The notes: generated by a model not told the origin, from the letters alone. DNA of 64,000 nucleotides from a virus (IMGVR_UViG_3300020577_008610:125180-189179); one strand, 5' to 3'; positions 18,340-28,220 are shown, numbered from the stretch's first letter. Numbers and translations: made by a program.

Positions 18340-18579
18340 GTGATTAGTTTGCTCGTCAAGACCGAAAGGGATGTCAAAGAGGCTTTTCCTCAACAGGAAG
18401 CCAAGTATGCCCGTAGGCTTGCCCAGAAGGCGCAGGAAGCCGAGTTCAAGGATCTGAAGGACTATCCCATCTCCCTCCAGCTTTCGAGCCCTGGAAGGAC
18501 TCCCAGACTCAAGGAAGAATACCTCGGAGACCTTACCTTCGATGCTTTCAGGGAGCGAAGGGCAATTGGAAGGAAGTGA
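18340..18579 (+). CDS. hypothetical protein
   Basis: 79-aa ORF. Confidence 0.4.
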   Translation: MISLLVKTERDVKEAFPQQEAKYARRLAQKAQEAEFKDLKDYPISLQLSSPGRTPRLKEEYLGDLTFDAFRERRAIGRK

Positions 18580-18628
18580 GCGGCTATCTTGAGAATCGTT
18601 CTCAGGGTGAGAAAATCCAAGGGGGAAA

Positions 18629-19612
18629 TTAGGAGAACAGGTGGCGACAGATGGCCGACCCTCTATGTTCTAGGTGCTTCCATTTGGTCTTGAAGGAATC
18701 CGTGTTGGTACCGCCAAAAAGTGTTGCATCGGAATGTACCTCGGCTAGACCAGCAAGCAGCAGAGCTGCTTCTTCAGGTCTTTTGCTGAACTCTTTCGCT
18801 TCTTTAGCGGATAAACAGTGAAGATCCATGTCCATCTCGATTAGTCGAGCTACCTCTTTCTGCTCGGGATAGAGTTCACGGAAAATCTGAGCGGATATCT
18901 TGGCATGATTGGGGTAATAGACCTTGCCCTCAGCGTCAACCTCACGGCAGAAAGGTTTGCCGCAATCATGCCATAAAGCGTACTTCTCAAGGATGTGATC
19001 CGGAGGAAGTTTCTCTTGAAGCTTCTTGCCATAGGCCATGAGCCACTGTGGAAATCTCCATTGTTTCTGGTAGGAGTAGTGAGGATCCCGAAGGAACTGA
19101 AGAAGATCAAGCAGGTGTTCTTTGACAGATCCGCCGTGTTGAAGTATGTTCTGTCCAGAAGTCTGCTGGGTATTCTCCATGGCTTCCACCACTTCAAACT
19201 TCCTCTTCAGACGCTCCGGAGCACCTTCATTCACCCTTTTCCCAGCCAGAGGAAGACCAGAACAAACCTTCTTTACGTCAGGCCCAGGAACTATTGAAAT
19301 GGCTGTCAACTCATTCCCAATGTCAGGCTCTCGGAACTCGGCAAACCGAATCCCCTTTTCTTTGAGCTTCAGAGAGAATTCAATGAGCTTCAGCTCATTG
19401 GGAACGTTCAGGCAGATTACGGAGTTGCTGGTCCGATACCACTCTTTCCACTCTTCAGGGAAGGATGCTGCAAACTCCATGGCAGCGTGTGTTGTCTGTG
19501 GAACTTGGTAGCCGGTAGGTAGGTCAGAATGGGTCACAACATAGAGTTTGTGGCCAGTCTGTTCAGACAGGGGGAGTTGAACAAGAATTCAAGCTTCGTG
19601 GTTGGTGTTCAT
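18629..19612 (-). CDS. Pth2-like peptidyl-tRNA hydrolase fused to HD domain; in-frame TGA at codon 8 (readthrough candidate)
   Basis: ATG 19612 with purine-rich GAAGAGAA leader: MNTNHEA*ILVQLPLSEQTGHKLYVVTHSDLPTGYQVPQTTHAA...FREPDIGNELTAI...LPLA, then WHDCGKP...HAKISA...DMDLH; TGA at 19591-19589. Confidence 0.8.
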
Positions 19613-19686
19613 TTCTCTTCTATTTTGTAGATATTCGGGACGGTTGTCTTGATGTTTCGGATCAGAAAGAGTTAGAGTTCATCTCA

Positions 19687-20061
19687 TCAATGTTCAGCAT
19701 CGAACTCCTGGACCTCATACCATCCGATGTTCAGGCAGTCCATAATCTCTCCTGCCTTCTCGTCGGAAATATTGTTTGGGACACGGGTGGTAGCCCAGTC
19801 CAGGTCAGTTAGAGGATCACCCGTCAGTAGCTCACAAAGCTTGCTATACTTGCCTGGAAAGCAAATGTCCGAGATGTTATTCTCATCCCCCGCATAGGAA
19901 CCAAGGCTAATTCCCTTGACTTCCTTGATATTCAGGTTTCGAGCATATTGCTCAGCGGATACTTTTTTGCTGAATACCCTTTTATTGGTACCACCAGACC
20001 TGTGATAGAATTGGTCGTCATACTCCCAATTTGCCTCAACCACAATGTAGACTTTACCCAT
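19687..20061 (-). CDS. hypothetical protein
   Basis: 124-aa ORF. Confidence 0.6.
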   Translation of the reverse strand: MGKVYIVVEANWEYDDQFYHRSGGTNKRVFSKKVSAEQYARNLNIKEVKGISLGSYAGDENNISDICFPGKYSKLCELLTGDPLTDLDWATTRVPNNISDEKAGEIMDCLNIGWYEVQEFDAEH

Positions 20062-20384
20062 GGCCCCAATCTAACACTGAGGCCACAGGAAATCAACCTG
20101 TCATCTTCCGGAGAGTAGCTCCAAGGAGTGCTTGGTAGGGCCCCGGAAAGGCCACAGAAATGTGGTACCGAGGGTTGGTTGGGTTGTGAGAGAAGTTAGC
20201 ATTCAAGATGCCAATGAACCTGACAATGCCCACTCTTTGACCATTTTTCTCAGCCAAGAGTTGATCCCCAGGCACAAGTTGCGGTTGGGGGACTTGGAAG
20301 TGCCCCTGAACCAAAATGCCATTCTGAAACGGGATAGAATTTTCTACCAAGAACATACTACACCTGCTGCCCATACTTATGGGT

Positions 20385-20711
20385 ATGAAAAAGTTGGAAT
20401 TTTACTCTATCATTCGGGAAGCAGTCAAGAATGCCTTGATAGAAGCTTTGGACTACCATGGAATGGAAGAGCCAAAGGAAATCCGCAAGGCAAGGTTGGC
20501 AGGCAGAGCGCAAGCACGAGCAAAGCTAGCAGGAAAAACACCCGCAGAGCTAGAACAAGCTTATTTGGCTATTGAAAGGCAGTCAGAGAGGGAATATGAG
20601 GACCCTATCAGAAGCGAATACCTCCTGGGAGCTAGAGAGCAAGTTCGAGACATGCTGAAGAAGCTTGGTCGTGGACTTCCGAAAAGGTCACAAGATCCCT
20701 GGACCCGCTAA
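20385..20711 (+). CDS. hypothetical protein with N-terminal IIREAV leader
   Basis: MKKLEFYSIIREAVKNALIEA; TACTTA at 20374-20379. Confidence 0.65.
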   Translation: MKKLEFYSIIREAVKNALIEALDYHGMEEPKEIRKARLAGRAQARAKLAGKTPAELEQAYLAIERQSEREYEDPIRSEYLLGAREQVRDMLKKLGRGLPKRSQDPWTR

Positions 20712-20719
20712 CGAAGCGG

Positions 20720-20974
20720 TTAGCTTGCCTTCGTTGAACAGGTTGGCCTGTCCGAAATCGGTCGGGGCCGGAGCCTCCCATCTTGGTTCTTGAGCCTAAG
20801 CTCTGCTTCTTTCTCCGGGCCAATACGAGAGAAGATTAAGCTTACAACCTTGCTAGTCTGCTCCTGGGCTAGTTCGGTGGTGAAGCCCGCTGCTACTGCA
20901 GCGGCAAACACCTCAGTCCAGAGCTCTTCTCGTGTGGTTACTTGAACTTCGATGGTCTTGAGAACTTTTTCCAT
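20720..20974 (-). CDS. hypothetical protein
   Basis: part of ORF 20720..21133. Confidence 0.45.
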   Translation of the reverse strand: MEKVLKTIEVQVTTREELWTEVFAAAVAAGFTTELAQEQTSKVVSLIFSRIGPEKEAELRLKNQDGRLRPRPISDRPTCSTKAS

Positions 20975-21151
20975 ATTGGTAACTATGGAAATGCTAGAAC
21001 AACTCGGGGATGCCAAACTTCGTGAAGTCATTCCAAGGAATCCGAATAGGGCGATTCGCCGGAACGGCAGGACCATCCTCACCATTCTGAAGGCCACCCA
21101 GAAGGGAACTTCCCGTTGAGTCCGAGGGCTCAAAGCAAAGAGGAGATGGAG

Positions 21152-21535
21152 TCAATCAATGGGGTCGTCGATGGCCTGCCGAGCTCCTTCTGGGGTCTCG
21201 TTCAGGATGGTCTGGTAATGCCCCTCCTGGACCTTGAAGTCCCAACCACCAACAGCCTGAGCGGTCTTCAGGGAGTATGGACTACCTCTCCACCCGAAGG
21301 CAGTCACGCCTTTATTCGTGGAGAACCACATCAGGTCCCCGGCGGGATCACTGCCGGGCTGGACGTTTTGGAGGAATTTTACGGCTTCAGCTGAAAGACC
21401 CAGGTTCCGCTTAGCGTTGTTGATCACACACCTCAGTTTCCCGTTTCCGGCTGGAGTGAAGTCCGGGTGGGACTCTTCAGGATTGAAGGTTTCAATCACG
21501 AGATAGCCTTTGTACACCGTTGCCTTGACCTTCAT
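21152..21535 (-). CDS. hypothetical protein
   Basis: AAAGGA RBS, 127 aa. Confidence 0.65.
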   Translation of the reverse strand: MKVKATVYKGYLVIETFNPEESHPDFTPAGNGKLRCVINNAKRNLGLSAEAVKFLQNVQPGSDPAGDLMWFSTNKGVTAFGWRGSPYSLKTAQAVGGWDFKVQEGHYQTILNETPEGARQAIDDPID

Positions 21536-21612
21536 TTTTTTCCTTTGTTGCCAAGGCCGTTTAGGCTCTTGGGCTTGTTCTAGATGCCAGTGTTGGCTTT
21601 GTTTCTTTTCTG

Positions 21613-21855
21613 TCAGTAGCCCGTATAGTCATTTGCAAGGTCTTTGTAGTGACGTGGAGGACTATCATCCGGGTCACCCGGATCGTAGGAGCGCTTTGTC
21701 TCCGCAAGCTTCTCGAAGAGAGTTGCATCTTCGATTTTCCCATCAGGACAGAATTTCTGCTTGTATTCCAAAGCTAGATCGTGAGAACCAAATGCCTTGG
21801 TCTTCTCCCCTTTGGAAACAACAAGGTAAATAGCCTTTGTGGTGTTGTGGCTCAT
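21613..21855 (-). CDS. hypothetical protein
   Basis: AGGAG RBS. Confidence 0.55.
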   Translation of the reverse strand: MSHNTTKAIYLVVSKGEKTKAFGSHDLALEYKQKFCPDGKIEDATLFEKLAETKRSYDPGDPDDSPPRHYKDLANDYTGY

Positions 21856-22508
21856 TACGGGCTCCTAGTCATTGGGGCGCAACGCCGAGAAGATACCAGG
21901 AGTACAACGCTCCTGGGTGTCAATGATCCTGATGACAGGGAGACTGCAGAGATAGGCATCTCGCCGGAACAAAGCGGCGAGGTTTCTCTCTTCCACAACC
22001 ACGGACTTCATCTCCGTGAAAACCGTGACCGTTCGTTTGCTTTTCCCTTCCCCTTTTTCGCACTGCTCTTTGACGCCACCGACCACCTTAACGCGCTTGC
22101 TCATTTGCTCTGTTCCTTTGTTTCTTCGTTTTTTTTAACAAAGAGGCAGAACCAACTCTGCCTCAATCCCAACCGTTTTAACACATCACAGCAGAAACCA
22201 ACACCTTTTATTGAGAGCCGCCTAAGAAGGCCTAGGAAGGCCCCAAAGAAAGGGGTGGCAAGCCCCGAAAGACTCTCCGTCATGTTTCTGTTCGTCCTCG
22301 TTGCAAGCCTCCCTGGAAGGCCAGCAAGAAAGCTCAGGACGAAGGATCTTCCGATAGCACCAGACTCGAACAGGAGGGCTGGATTCCTGAACGGGAATGG
22401 GGGACAAACAGCCTTTTAGGATGATGAGAGTGAAAATCAAAACTGAAAGAAGCCAGCAATTCTTCATGATGTGAGTGTCAGAAGTCAAGTTTATGTTGTG
22501 CGGCGATA

Positions 22509-22748
22509 TCAGCTTTGTTCAACTTGGTAGTACTTCAAGGCAAGATCAATGATCTGAAGCCAGTCCGCATTGAATCGTTCCAAATCCCACTTGGCATTGG
22601 ACAGTTTTGCTCGGAGGATTTTGTCCACCGTAGCCAACCTATCCTTTTGGGGAATTTCCAAGCTAATTTTCGGGATGATGACGACAATGATGTTGTCAAA
22701 GTATTCCAGGAATTCCCGGTCAAACCTAACAGCTTTTATCAATTCCAT
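22509..22748 (-). CDS. hypothetical protein
   Basis: 79-aa ORF. Confidence 0.45.
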   Translation of the reverse strand: MELIKAVRFDREFLEYFDNIIVVIIPKISLEIPQKDRLATVDKILRAKLSNAKWDLERFNADWLQIIDLALKYYQVEQS

Positions 22749-22854
22749 TGCTTTGCCATGAACCTTTTTCTCGGACGAAAAATCAAGCTATTTCTTTCCC
22801 AGATTACGGCATGTTTGAATGGTCAGGAACCTGATAGTTGAACTCAGACCCTTT

Positions 22855-22934
22855 TGGTCGGGAAAGGGAGACTTGAACTCCCATGATGTCCTGTTCCCAA
22901 AACAGGCGGCTTGATCCAATTAGCCCATTTCCCG
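22855..22934 (-). tRNA. tRNA-Pro(TGG)
   Basis: CGGGAAA/TTTCCCG, CCTGT-TT-TGG-GA-ACAGG, encoded CCA. Confidence 0.9.
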
Positions 22935-22965
22935 ATGTCTAAAATAACTAGATTCTTTCGCTGTC

Positions 22966-23394
22966 TTACCAATTATTGCCAACCAGGTTGGGCATCCATA
23001 CCTGGGTGTGGTTCCGAGTGGTCTTCACTCGGTTGTGGCTTGGAAAGGCCATCTGGTGAAGACAGAGGTACATCCAAGCTTCCTTGCCATTGGCCAGTTT
23101 TACTAGCTCTCGGCGGTAAAAATACCCATTGCTTTCCAGCCTGTCAAGTTCTTCTAGGATCTTGTTGTCCACTTCATACAGCTCGCCTTCGATGCTGTAT
23201 GAAGGCCCGCCGGTTTTCGTGTGAGCCTTTCCAGCGGGAACCACCTTGTAAACGGCCGGAAAGGCACCGAAGGACTCCATTCGGAAAACCTGGTTCGCAG
23301 TTCGGGTCTCACCCAAGAAGGCAGCTCCTTCCAGCCTGGGGTGGTTGGCAAACCCCCTCTTCAAACTTCCGTAGACAAAAATCAAGTGGGCCAT
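22966..23394 (-). CDS. gamma-glutamylcyclotransferase (AIG2-like)
   Basis: IFVYGSLKRGFANH, GELYEV, LDRLE...Y.R, AWMY. Confidence 0.9.
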   Translation of the reverse strand: MAHLIFVYGSLKRGFANHPRLEGAAFLGETRTANQVFRMESFGAFPAVYKVVPAGKAHTKTGGPSYSIEGELYEVDNKILEELDRLESNGYFYRRELVKLANGKEAWMYLCLHQMAFPSHNRVKTTRNHTQVWMPNLVGNNW

Positions 23395-23464
23395 GAGCAA
23401 TTCCTATGCTGTTTTAGGACCTATGATTCGTAGACGAAAACGAGATAGGTCATGGTGAGTACCG

Positions 23465-23734
23465 TTAGTTGTTGTCCAAAACGTTAGTGAGCCCAACAAT
23501 AGACACAATTTCGTAATAAATCAAAGAGCTCAGGAACTTTTCTGCATTTTCAGTTCGGATGTAGATCCCGACCTTTCGTCCCCGTTCGGCACAATCGTGC
23601 ATAAATTCATATTCGTCCTCAGAAGAAGCGAAGCTGGCCGTACGCATTTTCTTGACAAATTCTTCAGGGGTGCCAGCCTCCAACTCTTTCCCGTCTGTAA
23701 ATCTGTACCTCATGAGAGTCTCCAGGGATTCCAT
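23465..23734 (-). CDS. hypothetical protein
   Basis: ORF between amidoligase and GGCT. Confidence 0.5.
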   Translation of the reverse strand: MESLETLMRYRFTDGKELEAGTPEEFVKKMRTASFASSEDEYEFMHDCAERGRKVGIYIRTENAEKFLSSLIYYEIVSIVGLTNVLDNN

Positions 23735-23792
23735 TGTAGCGCCTCGATGGGCTGAGTGGAATGCAGGAGGCATTTAGCCCCCCTTTGGCCTC

Positions 23793-24842
23793 TCAGGAGG
23801 CAAGATCCATTGCACGCTCCTGGAAGTAAGAGATGGTGCTCTGCTCCAGGCCCATAAATATTCCGGTATCGACCGGCATTTCTACCCGATGAACAACTGT
23901 GGGGACAGTCACGGCCACCATGGCTAGGAGACTCTGCGAGCAGTCCCGGTAGTACCCACGGCCCCGTCGGGCCGAAATTTCTGCGGCGGGGTATTTTTTG
24001 CGAAAAGCCGAGATGTAGTTGGGAACTGTACCCTCATCAACACCCATCGCAGCAGCCAGGGTGGCAGCCGAAACATAGTTGTAACGGCTCGAATCATCCA
24101 AGAGGCTTGCCATTGCAGCAAACTTCTTCTCGATGGCATTCTTGCGGAGCCCCGCCGTAGCATTCGACCCACCAACCTCTTCCCGAACCATGTTGATGGA
24201 AATCTTGCTGGTCTCCACGAAATTTACACAGAAGAGGATCCATGGAATCATTTTGCGGGCTTCTACCGTGCCCGAATGCTGGCGGAACTCAACCGTCCCG
24301 TGACGGACGAAGGAGCAAAGATTTAGTTTGTAATATCGATTAGATACCATCCCGGACACGGTGCGGTTCGACGCATCCATGCTCAGGTTCTGGAACCGAC
24401 TGGCTAGTCCAACAACAGACGCACAAAACCTGTTGTTGTTTTCACGCCGACTCTTTGGCATGAACGCATCAATTTGCGTTTCGTACTTGGCATAGCGGGT
24501 CAGGATGTTGGCAATCGTGGGGCCGTTCAGGTCCCGAGCATCCACGTGAACGTGAAAGCCACAATCCTTTTCCACCTTGGCCCCGGCACCCACCAGGGCA
24601 TCCGACACCTTCTGAACCTGAGCCAGACCATCCTGGCCCGAGAGGATGGGGCTGACAACCTCGAAGCCGCCCATCACGGAAGCGTCCGTGACGATCTTCC
24701 AAGCCGGACGAGCCTGGTGGTTATAGGACTCGATGTTGCACTCAATACCAGCAGCCTGGATGGCCGTGAGCGCTTGCTGCATGGTGATGCCCTTGCACTC
24801 GATTTCGATCCCGAAGCTGCGGTTGCTGGTGATGTTCATCAT
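23793..24842 (-). CDS. putative amidoligase (COOH-NH2 ligase) with C-terminal HTH
   Basis: FGIEIE, WKIVTDASV, FEVVSPIL, CGFHVHVD, RYYKLNL, TVEFRQHSGT; C-term SAATLAAAMGVDEGTVPNYISAFRK...RGRGY wHTH. Confidence 0.9.
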   Translation of the reverse strand: MMNITSNRSFGIEIECKGITMQQALTAIQAAGIECNIESYNHQARPAWKIVTDASVMGGFEVVSPILSGQDGLAQVQKVSDALVGAGAKVEKDCGFHVHVDARDLNGPTIANILTRYAKYETQIDAFMPKSRRENNNRFCASVVGLASRFQNLSMDASNRTVSGMVSNRYYKLNLCSFVRHGTVEFRQHSGTVEARKMIPWILFCVNFVETSKISINMVREEVGGSNATAGLRKNAIEKKFAAMASLLDDSSRYNYVSAATLAAAMGVDEGTVPNYISAFRKKYPAAEISARRGRGYYRDCSQSLLAMVAVTVPTVVHRVEMPVDTGIFMGLEQSTISYFQERAMDLAS

Positions 24843-24869
24843 TTGTCGTCCTCGCTCCTTACGCAAAAC

Positions 24870-24897
24870 AATCTAACATCCCTCACGGCACCGTCAA
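24870..24897 (-). promoter_or_regulatory. sigma70-like early promoter
   Basis: TTGACG-N16-TAGATT upstream of TAAGGAG RBS. Confidence 0.65.
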
Positions 24898-24980
24898 CGC
24901 CCCCTTTTCATTTTCTTGCGAGGGGGTTTTCTTTTTTTGTGATGGTCTTGGGAGACACCTACCTACCCTGTAGGACACCT

Positions 24981-25754
24981 ATGACAAAATGGAATGAACC
25001 ACCTGAGCCTGTTCCTTCTTGGCTAGACCCAGCCAATGAGGTAACCACAGCAACCGACACCAAACCTTCCTCCTGGAAGTCTATGAGTCTCGGTGAGCTA
25101 AGACCTGCTTTCGTCATTGCCTGCTACATTGCCCTTTGGAACCTTGGGCTGACTCCATGGCAAGCCTTGGAAGTCCTTGGAAATGCCGTTGTTGAGACCG
25201 GCTGGGGACAGTTCTTCCGAGCCTGGAACCTTGGAGGTTGGAAAATTCGGAAAACTGACGTGGATGCCATGAGGGCCAAAGGGAAAAAAGCCCTTTGGTG
25301 GAGAGCTCCAGGCAACAAGGCTCCTGGAGCCACCCTGCAAGACTACAAGGGAGGTGACCCTCCTTGGTGCTACTACCGAGGATTTGAGTCAATGGAAGCC
25401 TTCTTCGCTGAGTGGATCCCCAAGTTTGTGCCAAAGCCTGGCGCTTCAACGGGACGGTACAAGAAGACTGGAGAAGTCTTCTGGTCCAAGGGAGATTGGT
25501 TCCGTGAACTGTGTCTTGCCGGGTACAAGGGCTCGAACACCCAGAAGGCACCTGATGGATCCGTGGCTTCTCATCGCCAAATCGTCACAATGGCCTTGAG
25601 GTTCCTTTGTCAAAAGGCCCTCGGAGTCACTGTTGACGGAACCTGGGGTCCAAAGAGCACCCAAGCCTGCAAGGATGCCGAGAAGGCCCATGGACTCCCA
25701 GAGACGGGTCAACCTTCACTCGCTCTCCTGGAAGCCATTCCTGTGACCTCCTAG
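24981..25754 (+). CDS. peptidoglycan hydrolase (glucosaminidase/lysozyme-like) with C-terminal PG-binding domain
   Basis: AVVETGWG...WNLGGWK...YRGFES; QKALGVTVDGTWGPKST...HGLPETG. Confidence 0.7.
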   Translation: MTKWNEPPEPVPSWLDPANEVTTATDTKPSSWKSMSLGELRPAFVIACYIALWNLGLTPWQALEVLGNAVVETGWGQFFRAWNLGGWKIRKTDVDAMRAKGKKALWWRAPGNKAPGATLQDYKGGDPPWCYYRGFESMEAFFAEWIPKFVPKPGASTGRYKKTGEVFWSKGDWFRELCLAGYKGSNTQKAPDGSVASHRQIVTMALRFLCQKALGVTVDGTWGPKSTQACKDAEKAHGLPETGQPSLALLEAIPVTS

Positions 25755-25775
25755 AGTCAGCAAAAGCCCAAAATG

Positions 25776-25815
25776 AAAGAAAGCCGGTTGACAACATCAA
25801 CCGGCTTTCTTTTTT
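25776..25815. terminator. bidirectional intrinsic terminator
   Basis: AAAGAAAGCCGGTTGA-CAACA-TCAACCGGCTTTCTTTTTT between convergent units. Confidence 0.85.
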
Positions 25816-25819
25816 GTAG

Positions 25820-25892
25820 CAGGGGTGCTCAGATTTGAACTGAGACGAGAAGTTTTGGAGGCTTCCATGCTGCCAGATTACATCACACCCCT
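25820..25892 (-). tRNA. tRNA-Trp(CCA)
   Basis: AGGGGTG/CACCCCT, CT-CCA-AA loop, G73. Confidence 0.85.
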
Positions 25893-26410
25893 ATGGTTTG
25901 TTAAGCTTTCAACGACTCTCTTTTCCCGCAATTATCCGAACCAGATACCAAGATAGCATTGCTGCCAGAACAAGTACGCCATAACCGCAAGTTGCAATAG
26001 CCAGGAATAGCAAAATAGTAACTGCCAAGGGATTCGTGTGTAGTACTTGTGGGTTTGACGCCATAAGCCAATGAGCAACTACGCACACCAAAAAGCACAT
26101 ATCCCCAATTATCACCCCAAGTGCTGAGGCAATAAGACGTTCTCGAAAGTTTTTCGAGGTAATTGCAGAGGTTTCCTTAATTTCGCTTTCGTCCAACTTG
26201 CGATAATGCATGATTGCTTTATGTGAGAGTGCGAATCCTTTGCTTTGCATCTTCAGGCAGGCGCATATGCCAGCCATGCAAAGGATACATTTACCTGTCT
26301 TTCCAGGCTCTCTGAGAGTTGAAGAGTTACTTGGTCCTCCCGTCGGGCTTCGATTCCGAATCTCCGGGGTTTCAATCCGGCACACTTACAACTTGTGCTA
26401 CAGGAGGATA

Positions 26411-26485
26411 TGGCTCACAGGGAGGGAGTCGAACCCCCACCGAGGCAAGTTACAGCTTGCTGCCCTACCATTGGGCGACCTGTGA
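26411..26485 (-). tRNA. atypical tRNA, Asn-like body with 6-nt anticodon loop (CTGTAA)
   Basis: TCACAGG/CCTGTGA-G-CCA, GCAAG-ctgtaa-CTTGC, GGTTCGACTCC. Confidence 0.65.
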
Positions 26486-26499
26486 ATAGCGGCTCTATC

Positions 26500-26877
26500 T
26501 TAGGGCTTGTTGCCCTTCTTGTCAAACACCACCGAGTAAATATTTGCTTTTGACGTTTCTTGCCCCAGGGAAGCAGTAGTTGGAGTTGGCCGAATTGCCT
26601 TCAGTCGCTTAGTAATCTCCATTTGATCGGGGTCTTCGAACTCTAACCTGAAAAGGTGTTCGCTGCTATAGGCACAAACTACCGTCCAGCCTGCCCTCTT
26701 GTACCTCTCGATCAAGGTGTCAACGACACTCTTGTTCGAAGCTGTCACAAGGTAGCTTGTTTTGCCAGCAATGAGACGTTGCAGGAGATGCTTGTCAATC
26801 TCGTTTTCCAATGTCAGAAGTTCTCGGATTGTTGTCGAGGAAATCTGAGGGTTGGTGTCGTGAGTCTTGATAGCCAT
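26500..26877 (-). CDS. hypothetical protein (Y..AGW motif)
   Basis: paralog of 4860..5123. Confidence 0.6.
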   Translation of the reverse strand: MAIKTHDTNPQISSTTIRELLTLENEIDKHLLQRLIAGKTSYLVTASNKSVVDTLIERYKRAGWTVVCAYSSEHLFRLEFEDPDQMEITKRLKAIRPTPTTASLGQETSKANIYSVVFDKKGNKP

Positions 26878-26935
26878 AACACCCCTAAGTAGGATCTTTC
26901 ACTCTGTATTATGCCTTGCTTGAGAGGTTGGATAG

Positions 26936-27004
26936 TTCCGGCAAACGGACTCGAACCGTTTCTAAGCCCTTATGAAAAGCTCATGCTGCCCTGAGCGTGC
27001 CGGA
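26936..27004 (-). tRNA. tRNA(CAT), Met or Ile2, with reduced D arm
   Basis: TCCGGCA/TGCCGGA, AGCTT-TT-CAT-AA-GGGCT, AACGG-TTCGAGT-CCGTT. Confidence 0.6.
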
Positions 27005-27160
27005 AAAAGAGCTTTCCTTGTCATTGTTGCCCAATGGCAATGTGCTCGGAAAGCTCTTGCTAGAGGTTAATAAACGCTTGCCTAACACGCAGGAGCTTAC
27101 CTCGATTCATAGTCGAGAGCCGCTGGCAAACAACAAGCTGAAGCTTTCGCTCCTTGTTTG

Positions 27161-27238
27161 TGGCCTCCAAAGGGGGATTTGAACCCAACCAACCTCTCGG
27201 TTCGTAGCCGAGTGCTCTATCCGTTGAGCTATATGGAG
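27161..27238 (-). tRNA. tRNA-Arg(ACG)
   Basis: CTCGG-CT-ACG-AA-CCGAG, GGATAG D loop, CCA. Confidence 0.85.
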
Positions 27239-27284
27239 ATTTCCAAAGCATTCCATTTAGTTGGAATAATGGAAGGTAAGCACG

Positions 27285-27818
27285 CTATTTCCGTTTTCGT
27301 CGCCACTGCTTTGGCTTTGTTCCTTCTGATAGAGCGTCTGCAGCACTTTGAAGGCCTGCTTTAACATTATCAAGTGTTGTTGCCATGTTGGGATCAGTTT
27401 TTGCTACTGTTTGGGATGCCTTGTCTACCGTTTGAATTGTGCTTTGAATTTCCGAAGAAACATTTTTTATAGCAGCAGCGCTTGCTCCGGATTGGTAAGC
27501 TCCCTGAACAGCTCCTGCTGCCCCTTTCACGGCTCCACCGACGGCTCCTGCTGCCTTCCCTGCAGCTCCCGCCACAGCTTGCCCAACCTTTTGAGCAGCA
27601 CCGCCAACGGCCTGTCCAGCCCCTTTCACAGCTCCGCCAACAGCTTGGGCTCCTTTGGCGATTCCTTGACCGGCTCCTTTTGCAATTCCACCGAGGCCTC
27701 CCATAAAGGTTTTGAGACCACCAAAAAGTTCTTCAAGCTCTTCTTCGTTAAGCTGACCCACTTCGGCCTGCACAGCTTCCAAAACTATCTTTTCCAGTTG
27801 CTCCTTCGTGACCTTCAT
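27285..27818 (-). CDS. Gly/Ala-repeat protein with N-terminal leader (putative internal virion protein)
   Basis: MKVTKEQLEKIVLEAVQAE...LNEEELEELFGG then KGAGQAVGGA repeats; TACTTA at 27847-27842. Confidence 0.7.
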   Translation of the reverse strand: MKVTKEQLEKIVLEAVQAEVGQLNEEELEELFGGLKTFMGGLGGIAKGAGQGIAKGAQAVGGAVKGAGQAVGGAAQKVGQAVAGAAGKAAGAVGGAVKGAAGAVQGAYQSGASAAAIKNVSSEIQSTIQTVDKASQTVAKTDPNMATTLDNVKAGLQSAADALSEGTKPKQWRRKRK

Positions 27819-27867
27819 TGTTGCCTTAAACTCCACTGGAGTAAGTATTGTGCTCTTCAAGCGTTTG

Positions 27868-27913
27868 TGCTCCCGCCGAGACTCGAACTCGGATGTCCCA
27901 TCCGGGACCAAGG
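27868..27913 (-). pseudogene. 3' half of a tRNA-Leu-like gene
   Basis: variable arm GTCCC-GGAT-GGGAC, CCGAG-TTCGAGT-CTCGG, CGGGAGC-A; no matching 5' half seen. Confidence 0.55.
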
Positions 27914-28003
27914 TGGTGCCGAATGGATTCGAACATTTGCTGTTACAACTCTCTATTCCAGGTCTTGCAAATAGAGCGTTCTATCCACCGTGGTACTCGG
28001 TCA
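27914..28003 (-). ncRNA. degenerate tRNA-like element with 16-nt anticodon loop
   Basis: GGATAGAAC D-like, CTCTA-[TTTGCAAGACCTGGAA]-TAGAG, GTTCGAATC, ends CCA; weak acceptor stem. Confidence 0.35.
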
Positions 28004-28205
28004 CTTGCTGACGAAAATCACAGATTTGAGCAGTCTTTTCTCGATGCTGTTCCTGAGCCTTGTTGGCCTTCAGGTACTTGCAGTGAGAACATTTCCGACT
28101 CGAACATCCGTGAAAAACCCTTCCAACCCACTCTGGTGGAATCTCCACGAGCTTGCCACGACGCATCCGGTAGAACTTTCCATCTTTCTCGATTCGCTTT
28201 GACAT
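27981..28205 (-). CDS. small basic protein
   Basis: MSKRIEKDGKFYRMRRGKLVEIPPEWVG. Confidence 0.6.
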   Translation of the reverse strand: MSKRIEKDGKFYRMRRGKLVEIPPEWVGRVFHGCSSRKCSHCKYLKANKAQEQHREKTAQICDFRQQVTEYHGG

Positions 28206-28220
28206 TGGTCTTCCAACCTT

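Noticed and set aside
24474-24980. N-terminal extension of the 426-aa ORF
   Set aside because: It overlaps the amidoligase antisense and its promoter; the real start is likely ATG 24981.
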